From contig NC_068984.1 of assembly GCF_001194135.2 (NCBI RefSeq), positions 66,669,158 through 66,733,157 on the forward strand: a DNA stretch of 64,000 nucleotides. The letters run 5' to 3'. The translations under genes and the position numbers were made by a program. The notes under the pieces were generated by a model. The model was not told the DNA's origin. It saw nothing but the letters and a program-made list of their open reading frames with translations, and made no database searches. Origin of the DNA: Octopus bimaculoides. Taxonomy: Eukaryota. Positions 50,511 to 63,628 of the stretch are shown here, piece after piece. How positions within the stretch are numbered: the stretch's first letter is position 1; each line of letters opens with the position of its first letter.

Positions 50511-51129
50511 TTGTCTCCACAATATGTTAGAAGTAATCATATCTATAGGACATTGTAAAACTAAGATTATAGTTCTCTGGTCTATTAAATTTATATTAAG
50601 TGTATATTATCATCATCCATTTAATTTTATGTCTGGTTTGTTCATACTAGTGTACTATACCTGGATATGCTTCCTGTCATCCACCGTTACTTATTTCTGT
50701 TTTCAAATAAGGTATTTTTGTTTTACTCCACTGGTTTTCACATGAAACCACTGAGCTACAGTAGGTTGCATTGTGTGCAGGTGTCATAAATAAATGCAAT
50801 ATTGCTCAAATGGTGTTAATGTGGAGATACATTGAAATACACATTTACACACACACACACACACACATGAAAGGCTTCAATACAATTTCTGTTTAGGAAA
50901 ATCTACTCAGAAAGCATTGGCCAGCCTGGGGCTATATTGGAAGACACTTGCCAAGGTTTCATGCAGTATGACTCAAATTCACATTGCGAAGTGAACTTTA
51001 TCAACACCTATATTTTGTATATAATTACAATATTTAAATTTACACTACATTTTGATCAGTATGGTCTCCAGTGGTCCTCAGGTGCCTTATTCTTGAATGT
51101 GTACATATTTCCAGTAATAATAATAATCA

Positions 51130-51470
51130 TTTATCATTTACTTGTTTCAGTCACTGGACTGCAGTCATACTGGGGCACCACCTTGAAGGGTTTAATTGAA
51201 CAAATCACCCCTAGTACCTAATTCTAAATCTGGTACATTTTGTATCGATTTATTTTGCCAAACTGCTAAGTTACAGGTATATAAACAAACCAACACCAGT
51301 TGTTAGGTGGTAGTGATGGAAGACAAACACAAACATATGCACATACATATACACGGCTGGCTTCCACACAATTTCTGTCTACCAAATTTATTCACAAGGC
51401 ATTGGTCAGCTTGAGTCTATAGTAGAAGACACTTGTCTAAATCGAGTTTCTTAAGCACACCTATGCCTGC
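51130..51470 (-). mobile_element. Family A SINE, head partly deleted
   Basis: tttacttgtttcagtc...gccaaactgctaagttac...ctatagtagaagacacttgtc. Confidence 0.8.
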
Positions 51471-51700
51471 ACCTACAGCAAAATATAATCACCTTAATAA
51501 CAACTTGTTTGAAACACAGTGAAACTGTTTTATTTATCAATAATATAATATCAGAGTTCCTCAGAAGCCAAAATTATATTGTAATTGTGTCTCAATTTCT
51601 CACCCAAGTATGGCAAAGTGTACTTACTGTTTGTAATAAATAAATAAATAATTTTTTTTTTGTTTTGGTTTCTTTTTATTACAAACAATGTACATACTGA

Positions 51701-51731
<31 letters not shown>

Positions 51732-52494
51732 AGCAAACCTACTGGGTGGGGGTTGAGGGTGATTGAAGGTTAAGGGTTTTCAAAAATATTATTAAATAAA
51801 TAAATAAACAAAAAAATATGCTGGAAACTAGTTTCTTGATGTTATACTTTTCACCATTATTAGATTATGATGCTGTGAACTTACATCAATTCTTGATTAC
51901 ATTTCATTGTGATAAAAGGCTGCACCAGACTCGACCGATGTCATAATGAGCGGTTGGTATAGAGAATCTATTTGGTACCCAAAGAATGTTGGATGTAAAA
52001 ATCTATCATAGATTGCTTGTTGTTAATGGCTTGTTTTGCTGGTACTTTCAATATACATGAAAGTCTGTATCACTACTAAAATAACGTGACATAACACTTT
52101 GAACCTAGCTAAAGGGCTATGAAACGGCCATAAATTCTTTTACTTGAGAAGCACATGGTCTCTCGTGTCTTTTACACAGTTGATATATGTCTTGAATAAT
52201 CTAACTATGGATTTAACTTTCTTTTCATTTTGAACCAAACTTCCTTTACTTGTATTGGTTGGATAAGCGAGTGATTTGAGAAGTTTCATGCAATAGTAAA
52301 ACATGTGTATACACATAGACATACACACAAACAGTCATGTTCACTTGCAGACACACATTCACACACAATCAAAAAGGAAAAAATATAGATGTAGTTCCTA
52401 CATAATGTTTATTCCTGTAAAATTTTTTGAGTATAAGAACTTTGGTAAAATGACTGTGTTTGATCATTTATATTTTTTTTAGTACTTAGATATG

Positions 52495-52628
52495 GATACA
52501 AGCATGGCCGTGTGATCAAAGAGTTCACTTCCTAGTCACACAGTTTGGGGTTCAGTCCCACTGCACATGAGCAAATGTCTTTTATTTTAAGCCTGGGTTT
52601 GCCAAAGGCTTGTGAGAAAGCAGCCCGT

Positions 52629-52630
<2 letters not shown>
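52495..52630 (+). mobile_element. Family A SINE, 5' half
   Basis: gcatggccgtgtg...gggttcagtcccactgc...ccaaaggcttgtgag. Confidence 0.7.
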
Positions 52631-52664
<34 letters not shown>

Positions 52665-53250
52665 TGTGTGTGTGTCTGTGTGACTGTGTATGTGCATATG
52701 TGTGTGTGTTCTTGTCTTGATATTGTGTGATACTTGTAAAATGATTGTCAGTGTTATTGTCATACAAATAATGTCATTTCTTTCCATGGAGAAATATCAT
52801 CTCTCTTGGGAAACAAGAGAGTAACTGGTGACAGGAAGGACACGTGGTCAATAGAAGATCTTCCTCAATGGATTCTGACTAAACTATGCAACCATGGAAA
52901 AGTACATGTTAAAATAATAATGATGATGATAATGATACTGAAATATTTGATTTTTTCTTATATTAAGGATTATATACAACTTTATTTTGTTAAAAAGAAA
53001 ATTTGAGATTTAATGACTGCTTACTACCTCCCTTCTTATATATATATATATATATATATATGAGGAGAGTTGCCTCTATATCCTCTCAACTTGATCCCTC
53101 TTACAGCCATTTTTTACCTTGTGGAATCGATCCCCTGTAAAGACATTGGCGTCTAAGTTTGAATCTTTTGAGCACTACGTGTCTTCTGTACTGAGAATCT
53201 CTGGATCTCATATATATATATATATATATGTATATATATGTGTATATATA

Positions 53251-53305
53251 NNNNNNNNNNNNNNNNNNNNNNNNNNNNNNNNNNNNNNNNNNNNNNNNNN
53301 NNNNN
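53251..53305. other. Assembly gap (N) inside (TA)n
   Basis: Run of N. Confidence 1.
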
Positions 53306-53359
<54 letters not shown>

Positions 53360-53817
53360 AATGAATGAAAAAGGCATTAAATACTACAAAACATACACAT
53401 AGGATAGACACCAGAATCCTAATATTTTGTCAGTTATTGACCAAAAAATACTAATACCTAGTTTCATGCCTTTAATGTTAAGACTACGAACTTCGTATAT
53501 CAGCGGCACCAGCAAGATTTGCAGAGAATTAGGGCTTGGGCAAACAAAATAAGACAGGGTGGATGTACGAAAGCAAACAACAGTAATTTGAAATGATAGA
53601 CGAAGACAATAAATAAATATAGCCTGAGGGCTAAACATGAGAATGACGAATTAACGACTGGGAGAAATCCTCAAATGGATATCAAGAACAGAATTGAGAT
53701 GGGGAAAAAAGGGCAGAATTATGAAGGGCAAAAAAAGGTAGACCAGCATGGTAGGCATCCAGTGGCAAAAAGGTAGAAGACAGAAAATCAGTGACTGGTC
53801 ATGTGTGGGTAGCAGAT

Positions 53818-53920
<103 letters not shown>

Positions 53921-55089
53921 CAGGGGAAAGCACACACACACATACATACAGTCAAACATACATACTTAAATATATACATATATAATGGCTGTCAACTCTT
54001 TAAATGAGTATGACCACAGTTGCCTAATGAAAGTGTATCACAGAATTACATGTAAGAATGTCAGTGGCTCTTGAGGCCTGCTAACAACTTATAGAACCTG
54101 TTACAGATTTGCCATTTATACAAATTCTTCTGACTTGGTTGTTCCAGGTCAGTCTGGTGATTTTCTCTGTGCACCATCATGTGATAAATCTGAGCAATTG
54201 ACACACCTTTTCTGGAAGACAGTATGCAAGCATACATACAGCATGCAAACATACATACAGACATACATACACACATATACACATATGTACATTATGGTAG
54301 AATGACTATTGGTGTTAAGTCGATTTTGCAATCACATGGTTCCAGTTCCACTCTGATTAGGTGGCACCTTGGGTAAATGTCTTTCAGTATGACAATTTTG
54401 GATTGTCTTTTATTTTAAGCCTGGGTTTGCCAATGAATGATGATGATGATGTGAATGAAACTAGGCAGATGGAAACTGAATAAAAGTCCAGAAAATGGAC
54501 AATACATATGATTCAAGAGCCCAGGCTTATCACACTGTATTATGTGGTTTCATACATGAGGATGAAGTTAAGGTTACAAGCATAGTCATGTATGTGGAAA
54601 ACCATAGTTAATCCATAGATTAGATAGTTCCATTGACTGAACAACTAGAACATACATTTGCTGAAATCTATAATAATTCTCCTCTGTCTCTGCTCACACA
54701 CGTGCATGTACGCATGCACATGCACATACACATTTATTTGTGATTATCACTTGTCTTTAGTAGATTATTGAACTACATTTTTTACAATGCAGCTATTCAT
54801 TGTTATAAGTTCCTTTAGCATTGAAATGAACAAATTTCAACATGCAGCAGATAAAAATGTCTACCTTGAAATGATATAGAGCTGTTGGAAAAAACAAAAT
54901 GTATTTGTTTTTGTGCTTCGGTGGAGAAGGGCGGAGTCATTTTTTATCAATAATTTTTTTTATCATATTTATTTCCTGCAATAACAAACCTAGTTTAGTG
55001 CAAGCCACTAAAATTTCATAACCTTTTAGAAATAGTAGCTAAATTTCCCTCATATCACTCATTATCTTTAGAAATAGACAATACATTCA

Positions 55090-55255
55090 TAGGCAAGGCT
55101 GTGTGGTAAGAAGCTTACTTCCCAATGGCATGGTTCCGGGATCAGTTCCACTGTATGGAACCTTGGGCAAGTGTCTTCTACTATAGCCTCAGGTCGACCA
55201 AAGCCTTATGAGTGGATTTGGTAGGTGGAAACTGAAAGAAGCCCATCGTATATAT
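55090..55255 (+). mobile_element. Family A SINE, 5' half ending at the internal (TA)n
   Basis: ggctgtgtggtaagaagc...accttgggcaagtgtcttctactatagcc...gaaagaagcccatcgtata. Confidence 0.85.
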
Positions 55256-55399
55256 ATATGTAAAGACTTATTCCTATGAGAATCAGTTGTGAGATTTTTA
55301 GCTTTGGGTTTTCCATTGTTAAATGTGACAAAGTTGCAAGAACCAATTATAGAATATTATGAACAAATTTTTTAAAAGAAGTTGTGTATGCCTGGTGAA

Positions 55400-55457
<58 letters not shown>

Positions 55458-55517
55458 ATGCCTGCATATATGAGAAATGAAACAAAAATGTGCACACACA
55501 CACAATTAAATAAACAA

Positions 55518-55702
55518 ACAGGAAATTATGCAATGAACTTCATCAGCTGACAGCTATTTCTGCTATAAGATACAGAGCACTTGGAGCTCTGAGGAAGCTG
55601 TAAGGTGATGCTTGAGCACTCAACTCTGAGTGCTTTGCATCTCATAGTATCTTATAGCAGTAACAGATGTAAACTAATAAAGTTAATTGTATAATTTCCT
55701 GT
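55518..55702. repeat. Imperfect 56-bp inverted repeat with an internal 8-bp hairpin (MITE-like)
   Basis: Arms 55518-55573 and 55647-55702 share a perfect ctgctataagatac; agcactca-actc-tgagtgct lies inside. Confidence 0.75.
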
Positions 55703-55838
55703 TCCTTTATCCTTTATCAAATTTCACATTGTGCTCTGTATTGAACTATCTCTTTATTCTGAAGTGTAAGTATATTGAGTTCTAACACCAGGTTATTAGT
55801 ATCACTATGCTTAACACACATGCACAGGGTTCCATATA

Positions 55839-56049
55839 CAGGGTGTCCACAAAGTCTGGGTACATGGAGTAAATAAAATCATAACATAAACAATTAAATA
55901 TTAGAAATAATAATTTCTTAAAGTATGTGTTAATCCCCATGTGGCCACATGGAGTAAATAAAATCATAACATAAACAATTGAATATAAGAAATAATAATT
56001 TCTTAAAGTATGTGTTAATCCTATGTACCCAGACTTTGTGGACACCCTG
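55839..56049. mobile_element. Tc1/mariner-type MITE with internal tandem duplication
   Basis: Perfect 27-bp TIRs cagggtgtccacaaagtctgggtacat, TA on both sides, two 75-bp internal copies (55862-55936, 55947-56021). Confidence 0.92.
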
Positions 56050-57289
56050 TAGTTTCCATCTACCGATTCTTCCTACAGAGATTCAGTGGCTTGAGGCTAT
56101 AGTGGAAGGCTCTTACCCTGGGTGTGATGGAGATTGAACTCAACGCCATATGGTTATGTGTATTCACAGAATTATTACCATGAAAATCCACATGGCAAAT
56201 TATCACAATATTCTAGTGTATTCAGAAAGAGCTGAGAATTTATAAATTGAATGCTGCCCCAGTGTTTAATATACTTCATGAACAAGGTTTGCTTGTACAA
56301 TAAGCTACTTAAATAATAACCTTGGGGTATTACGAGATGTTGCTATTGTGAATTTGCTGTTCTCTTGGAAGTTTTTTTTTTTTCTTTTGTTAATACATTC
56401 ATTATGAAAATAAAGGGGTGGATGTCTACCATGAAGAAGAAATAGAAATGGAGTAATCAATTGCTGGTGGTGGGGGGAGTGACACATGAAATCAATTTAA
56501 ATAAAAGAAAGCATTTTCACAATGGTGGAAGCAGAAGTAAACAAACAAGTGTATTGCTGGTTGTTTTCTTTTCTGTATGACAATTTTAAAAGTGCCATTA
56601 GCTTTGGATTTCCATTATTTTGGATGCCATTATTTCAGAAATTTACTGTGTATAGAAGCTTTCCTATTGTTGTGAGTGTTCTTGTTGTTAGCCTTAGGTT
56701 AGCTTTCACGAAACAAACCTATATTATCAAAGCAATTCAGCCTTGAATATCTTGTCATGTTTTTTTCTTAGGCAGAGTAAATCCAAGGCTTTAACACCCA
56801 ATCTGCACCTTCTGTTCTAAATTTGTAATGTGTAATCTTAGAAGATATTTGGCTGCAATTTCTAGCAAGGAAAGGAATTGTATAGAGGCTACCTTGTTGA
56901 CAGTTGTAGCTGTTATAACAGTTCACACAACAGAAGAACAATCTTTAATAAACCCTTTAAGGAAAGATTTAGATATTTGTTCGGGTGTGAAGCATGTAGA
57001 GGCTCACCTCAAAAAAATTATTAGGTTTTGATGGATTTAGTGTGAAGTAGTTTTTCTCTGCAAACAACTGGCAGAGGAATTTCATGAGGCTAAACTAATT
57101 AGATATTTCTGAAGCATCATAAATATTTGTGAAACAGTGGTTGAAGATGAGAAGTATTTTGTTTCAACAAAGGATGAAGATATGATAGACGATATTATGG
57201 TAACTGTTGCTGTGATGATGATGATGACGACGACGACGATGATGATGATGATGGTGTGTGTGTGCGTGTGTAAATTGTGTACAGTCATC

Positions 57290-57850
57290 GTTTGTTCTTT
57301 TACTTGTCTCAGTCATTGGATTGCGGCCATGCTGGAGCATTGGCTTGAAAGGGTCAGTCGAACAAATTGACCTCAGTACTTTTTGTTTTTAAAGCAATAT
57401 ACTTATTCTTATTTCTTTATTGCTCACAAGGGGCTACACACAGAGGGGACAAACAAGGACAGACAAACGGATTAAGTTGATTATATCGACCCCAGTGCGT
57501 AACTGGTACTTATTTAATCGACCCAGAAAGGATGAAAGGCAAAGTCGACCTCGGCGGAATTTGAACCCAGAACATAATGGCAAACGAAATACCACTAAGC
57601 ATTTCGCTGGGCGTGCTAACGTTTCTGGCAGCTTGCCACCTTAAAGCAATATACTTATTCTATCAGTCTTTTTGTTGAACCACTAAATTACAGGGATGTA
57701 GACAAACTAACACTAGCTGTCAAATGATTGTGAAGGACAAACACAAAGACTCAAATGCACACACACATTTTTATATATATATATATAACAGGATTCTTTC
57801 AGTTGCATCAACCAAATCCATTCACTAAACTTTGGTTGGTCAGAGACTAA
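57290..57850 (-). mobile_element. Family A SINE interrupted by a family C SINE
   Basis: Family A 3' part at 57290-57409 resumes at 57641. Confidence 0.8.
57410..57640 (-). mobile_element. Young family C SINE (variant tail) nested in family A
   Basis: 21-bp perfect direct repeat ttaaagcaatatacttattct at 57389-57409 and 57641-57661; CpGs retained. Confidence 0.9.
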
Positions 57851-59487
57851 CATAGTGAGTTGAAAAACTTTGATTAACTAAGATTATCCAAGTAATTAAT
57901 ATACAAAATCTTCTTCCATAGGGTATTCAAAATCTTTTTAAAAAAGGGGAGAAACCTCTGCTTCCACCACCACCACCACCACCACCACCACCACCAATAT
58001 GGTCAGCAGATAAACATTTCAGGCTAATATAAACAGGGCATACGTTACTATGTTAGTCATGGTTGTGGGTTATAAAATGCATTGTCATAGATTGTTCAGC
58101 ATGGCAAATAATTCATTCATCCATTCTACCAGCTGAAGCAAAGAGGCCATGAAGAGCTGTTGGGTTGTTTATTTACGGTTGCTAAGATTATTAAATTTCA
58201 CCTAGAAGAAATTATTAGTTGACACAGGTAGGGGAGAAAAATTACTAAGAAATTAGTAAAAATAACAATTTGTGATTTGCTAACTTTTTTAATTATATAA
58301 AAGTTTTAGATTAATATCAATGTCAGTTAATTTTTAAAGAAACGAATCTTCCATTGCATAACTCAGATGTTACAATAAGAATCCTAATTCCCTGACCTCG
58401 TGCAGGATCATTTTTTCAAAGTTACATTTAAAAAATAAAGAATAAAAACATATTTCATATTCCCAAGTATTTGAAAATTTTACAGTTAAAAAAAATATAT
58501 GGAAGTATTTGTTTAAGTTGAATCCATAAATAACTATTTGCTGAATGATGAAATTGCTACTCCATTTACTGATTTTTGGAGTATTATTTACTCCTCGGTT
58601 ATATTGGGAAATTAAATTCTATCACTGTTGCTTGTTAGATCGTAAATAATATGATATAACAAGCAATAATATTCATTCACAATATGAATAAATAGAAAAC
58701 AGATAAAATAAAACAAAAATTGGATATGATGATGGTGTGGAGGGAAGAGAGAGAAAAAGAGGAGTGAAAGTGAAAAATAGATTAGAAAACAAAAACAAAA
58801 GATAATTAAACTTTTTTTGTATTGAAAATATCAAGAGCAACAACAGCTAAATGGATTAGATTGACTAATGTAATGTATATACTTGCATGATAACATGATA
58901 AAACAGATATGTTGTATGGCCTCAAAAAAAAAAAAAGGAAAAAAATGGATGTGGAATTCATTCTTAGTGAGAATGGGGTGGGTGATTGTAGTAGTGGTAG
59001 TGGTAATAACAGTAGTGATGGTGATGATAACAGTAGTGTTGGTAAAATTTTGACAGAATTTACAAAATGAGTAAAACGACATCTTAAGCTTATTTGGTAA
59101 AAGGTCATAAATTAAATAACATTATTGAATGCAGATATAATCAGCTTCTTCAACTATTGTCGTATGTTTACAACATGGAGCAATATTTTTTGTTTCTTTT
59201 CTTTTTCTTATTTATTTATTTATTTATTTTCTTATTTTGCACTTTTTCAGATAAAACTGTAAGAACGGAAGATAGGGGCTATGCTACATTATTAAAACTG
59301 TTGCCTTCGAAGCTCGAGTTGTTATTATTATAATTATCATTTTTATTATTATTATTATTATTATTATCATTGTTCTTTTTCTGAAGCTATCTAAAATGTG
59401 TTACATGTAAAAATGAACTGACGAAATAAACAGGAAAGAGAAAAAGGCAAGATGTAGATTATCAAATTTCATGAAGATCAATAACAA

Positions 59488-59545
<58 letters not shown>
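59488..59545 (+). repeat. (TAG)n microsatellite
   Basis: Directly visible. Confidence 0.95.
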
Positions 59546-59546
<1 letters not shown>

Positions 59547-59722
59547 ATATTGGTTTCAAATTTTGACACAAGGCCAGCAATTTCAGGGAAGTGGATAAGT
59601 TGATAACATTGATCCCAGTGCTCAGCTGGTACTTATTTTATCGACCCTGAAAGGATGAAAGGCAAATCAACCTTGACAGAATTTCAACACAGAATGTAAA
59701 GATGGCTGAAATGTAGCTAAGC

Positions 59723-59724
<2 letters not shown>
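59546..59724 (-). mobile_element. Family C SINE, 5'-truncated
   Basis: tggtttcaaattttgacacaaggcc...ctggtacttattttatcgaccctgaaaggatgaaaggc. Confidence 0.85.
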
Positions 59725-59764
<40 letters not shown>

Positions 59765-59799
59765 TGATAATAATGATAATAATGATAATAATGATAATA

Positions 59800-60335
59800 A
59801 TGCAGTGCCAGGCAGTGGCTTTCATGGCTTCTGATCTTAACTGATTGGAGGTGTTATCATGTACATTGTTTTGTCTTGATATAAAAGATGGGCTGCAGCA
59901 AATATTCTGCTTAATACCACAGATTTGTTCGTCAGTTGTTTGACCTTGACCAGTTGAGCATGTCCCTTAGTGGCTGATGATATGTGCTTCTCTGATCATG
60001 GATAGAAGTAGTTGGGGAGCATCATAGCCATGTGTTGAGAGGAATTCTTTGGAGTTTGGCTAATTGACCTTGGGAAACATGGGTGTTTTATTCAACATCC
60101 TTAAACAGCCCTTATTGAAGGACTTTTGAGCAGGATGGGCTACTTGACCTGAAGAAAATTCTAACTGGGCCCAACCTGCAAGGTCATGTGTTGTTTATTT
60201 TGATATGAGATCACCATACTGCACACATGTGGTTGTGATGCATGTGCCTGGTGTTCTCTTATCAGCCGAGTAGTCATGATGGCTATAATGGGCCATCAGT
60301 GTCAGTTTGATGGCATGCCCTGCTCTCTCACTCAA
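59800..60335. other. GC-richer non-coding segment between (AAT)n tracts, probable unclassified interspersed repeat
   Basis: Sharp composition change, bounded by (AAT)n; no long ORF; single copy in this window. Confidence 0.35.
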
Positions 60336-60399
60336 TAATAATAAGAAGAAGAAGAAGAAAAAAAAAAGAAAAAAACAACTGTTTCTAATTTAGGCACAA

Positions 60400-60750
60400 A
60401 TTTACGTTCTGAGTTCAAATTCCACCAAGCTCGACATTGCCTTTCATACTTTTGGGGTTGATAAGTTAAATACCAGTTGTGTACTGGGGATCGATCTAAT
60501 CGCCTGACCCCTCCTGCAAAATTTCAGGCCTTGTGCCTAGAGTTGAAAAGGAAATTGATTCCTGGAATTTTGAGTGGTATGGGGATAGATTATTACATCA
60601 ACTCCACTATTCAATGTTATTTGTTTTATGCACCCCAAAAGGATGGATGGTAATGTCAACCTCAGCAGTATTTGAAATCAGAACATAATGACAGAAGAAA
60701 TGCTACCATGCATTTTTTATCTGGGGTGCTAATGATTCTGCCAGCTTGAT
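60400..60750. mobile_element. Two family C SINE fragments in tail-to-tail orientation (+ 60400-60550, - 60555-60750)
   Basis: gttctgagttcaaattcc...tactggggatcgatc on +; ggcagaatcattagcacc..ttctgatttcaaat on -. Confidence 0.7.
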
Positions 60751-60829
60751 GCTTTTGTAATAATATTGTGGAAATATGTTAAATATCTTAATATTCCGGG
60801 TATGAGAATTTTCATATTTCAGCATTTAT

Positions 60830-61069
60830 TCTTTTATTCTTTTACTTGCTTCAGTCATTTGACTGCGTTCATGCTGGAGTACTGCTTTAAAGGGTTTTAG
60901 TTGAAGAACTTGACTCTAGGACCCATTCCCTGCTATCCCAGTACTTATTCTACCAGTCTCTTTTGCCAAACTGCTAAGTTATGGGAACATAAGCAAATCA
61001 GCATCGGTTGTCAACTGATGGTAGAGGAACAAACTCAGACACACACACTCGCACAAATATATACATACA

Positions 61070-61105
<36 letters not shown>

Positions 61106-61113
61106 TGTATGTA

Positions 61114-61174
<61 letters not shown>

Positions 61175-61310
61175 CGATATATATGATGGGCTTACTCACA
61201 AGGCTTAGGTCAACCCAAGGCTATAGTAGAAGATACTTGCCCAAGGTTTCACACAATGGGACTGACGTCAGAACGATGTGGTTGGGAAACAAGCTTCTTA
61301 CCACACAGCA
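60830..61310 (-). mobile_element. Family A SINE, full length, with expanded internal microsatellite
   Basis: All modules present as reverse complement. Confidence 0.85.
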
Positions 61311-61582
61311 TCATGAAATCCTATTGTATGCGTGATGTCTATTCATTAACTTGGTCATGTAAAACTAGCTTCAAGTACTGAGTTCATGTACAATTGTTAC
61401 AACATTAAGTACAGCTGAATCCCAATCTACTTTTGCAAGGCACAAAGCGAAATATCATCTGATTTTGAGTCATACTATATACCACTTCAGTCATCATAAA
61501 CACGACTGTAATTTATATTATTCAAAAAATTTCACTCAACTGATTTTATTAGGGTTCTTCCTTTGTCTGTTGCTTTTTTGCC

Positions 61583-61750
61583 TTAAACCATTAGTATTTA
61601 AACTGACCATATCTGACCCAAATCTTCTATTTGTTTTATGTTCAAACCAACCAGATCTGGTCTTCCACACCTAATCTACAATGTCATTCTAAACATAAAC
61701 AATGAATCACATCATTGAAATTCAGAGTAATCTGAATGCTAAAGGGTTAA
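61583..61750 (-). mobile_element. piggyBac-like MITE, internally deleted
   Basis: TTAA at both ends (61583-61586, 61747-61750); homologous to 8297-8523. Confidence 0.75.
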
Positions 61751-62401
61751 ACATACCTAAAGGGAGGTTTTTGACTACTGATCGCTTGGATAACCTGAAT
61801 TGATCAAACTTTTTCTACTTACTGTGTCACATATGTGAGACTGTACCATATTTTGTCTTTTTCTGAGATTTTATTTATGATCACAAAAAGTTGACCAGAA
61901 ATAAAGCCACAGAGGGAAAACAAATCACAATTTTAACCAGGAAAAAAGTCATGAGTAATATTTAGTATAACAATGTTTGCATGGAACAAATAGATAAGAA
62001 AAAAACCCATCAACATTGAAATGATAACCAAATAAGAATATATAAATAAAAAAGTTTTCTTTTCTTCCTTTTTAAAGACATCATAAAAATCTCTATCTTA
62101 GAAAGCATTTATTTAGCACAGCTTGATTTTTATTGTAGTATGAAACACTTCATTTTGACAAGGGAAATAAAATAAAAATGTTACACTATTACCATTTTTA
62201 TTTAATTTCATTTCTGAACAATCTGTTTATATACATACTTTATATATTTCATAGTAATAATACCCATTGTTCATTGCTTGGTCATGCTAACTTATATGGA
62301 ATTACTTTTCTGTTTTCCCTCTTGCACTATTTTCTACTGTTACTACATCTCCTCATATACAACTAATAATTCACCTCTACTTCACCTTCTACTTTTACTA
62401 C

Positions 62402-62404
<3 letters not shown>

Positions 62405-62467
<63 letters not shown>

Positions 62468-62490
62468 ATCTATCTATCTATCTATATTCT
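62405..62490 (+). repeat. (CT)n then (TATC)n microsatellite
   Basis: Directly visible. Confidence 0.95.
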
Positions 62491-62764
62491 TATCTCCATC
62501 CCCCTCTTCCTGTTTCTACTTGTATGACTATTTCCACCGACCTCAAAAATTTTCACAATTTTCTGCTGTATAATTTAATGTTTCACCACTGGTATTTAAA
62601 GACTTTTATTTCCAATATTGGTTTGTTACCTGTCATATGATTTTAAGAATATACTTTTGCTACTATGAGTAATGTTGCACAGGTACAATAATTACAATTT
62701 TTGTGTATGATGGTCACATAAAATTGAACCATAGCATAGATACAGTAATAAATTGACGAAGAAA

Positions 62765-62980
62765 GGTGGAGAGGTGGCAGAATTATTATCATACCAGGCA
62801 AAATACTTGACATCATTTCGTCTGTCTTTATGTTCTGAGTTCAAATTCTGATGTGGTTGACTTAGCCTTTCATCCTTTTGGGGTCAATAAAAGAAATACT
62901 ATTTGAGCACTGGGAGCAATATAACTAGCTTGCCACTTCCTCCAAACTTGTTGATTTTGTGCCAAAATTTGAAACCAATA
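62765..62980 (+). mobile_element. Family C SINE
   Basis: ggtggcagaattatt...gttctgagttcaaattc...ttagcctttcatccttttggggtcaataaaa...aaaatttgaaacc. Confidence 0.8.
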
Positions 62981-62999
62981 TATTAACCTTAAGAATAAT

Positions 63000-63308
63000 A
63001 CAGGAGACTGTCATGTGCTTATAGGCTCATGAGGCTGGAGTGTGTCCCAGTTTCTATGGCATATAAGTGACTAAAAGAGTACTATACTCTTCTTACCACA
63101 TGCATTGAATGTGATATCAGTTTATCACATGGTTAACTTCAGCTGCTGCTGTTAGTGCTCATTTTCAGTCAAGTGAACTGGAACAATGGAACAATGTGAA
63201 ATGAAGTGTTCTGATCAAGAACACAATGCACTGCATTGTCTGGGAATTGAAACCATAATCATGCAGTCATGGGTCAAGCATCCAAACAATAAGATCATGT
63301 CCTTTCAC
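63000..63308 (-). mobile_element. Family E SINE
   Basis: gtgaactggaacaatgtgaaatgaagtgttctgatcaagaacac...ctgggaattgaaacc. Confidence 0.7.
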
Positions 63309-63419
63309 CTCGAAATAACATTATCAGAATATCACAGTATTACTATAATTGATTGGATATTGGTATAGAGATGTTTAATATAAATATACAAATGAGAAAT
63401 TTGAAAATTACTATTTTGG

Positions 63420-63625
63420 AATGGTGGTATCATTAGAGCATCAGATAAAATCCCTTGTATTTTTTTCTGGCTTTTTGCATTTTGGGTTTAAATCCTGACA
63501 AACTCTACTTTGCCTTTCATCCACTCAGAATTGGTAAAATAAAGTACTAGTCAAGTACTGAGATTGATGTAATCAATTTACCTCCTCTTTCAAATTTGCT
63601 GGACATGTGCCTAAATTCGAAACAG
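63420..63625 (+). mobile_element. Family C SINE, diverged
   Basis: tttgcctttcatcc..ggtaaaataaagtactag..gattgatgtaatcaat..ctaaattcgaaac. Confidence 0.7.
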
Positions 63626-63628
63626 TTA

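Noticed and set aside
53498-53545. HQQDLQRIRAWANK, resembling the CR1/L2 RT motif LQxDLxxLxxWA
   Set aside because: The flanking FADD and FNxxKC motifs are absent
56828-57031. 67-aa ORF with moderately coding-like codons
   Set aside because: Weak splice signals and no recognisable motif
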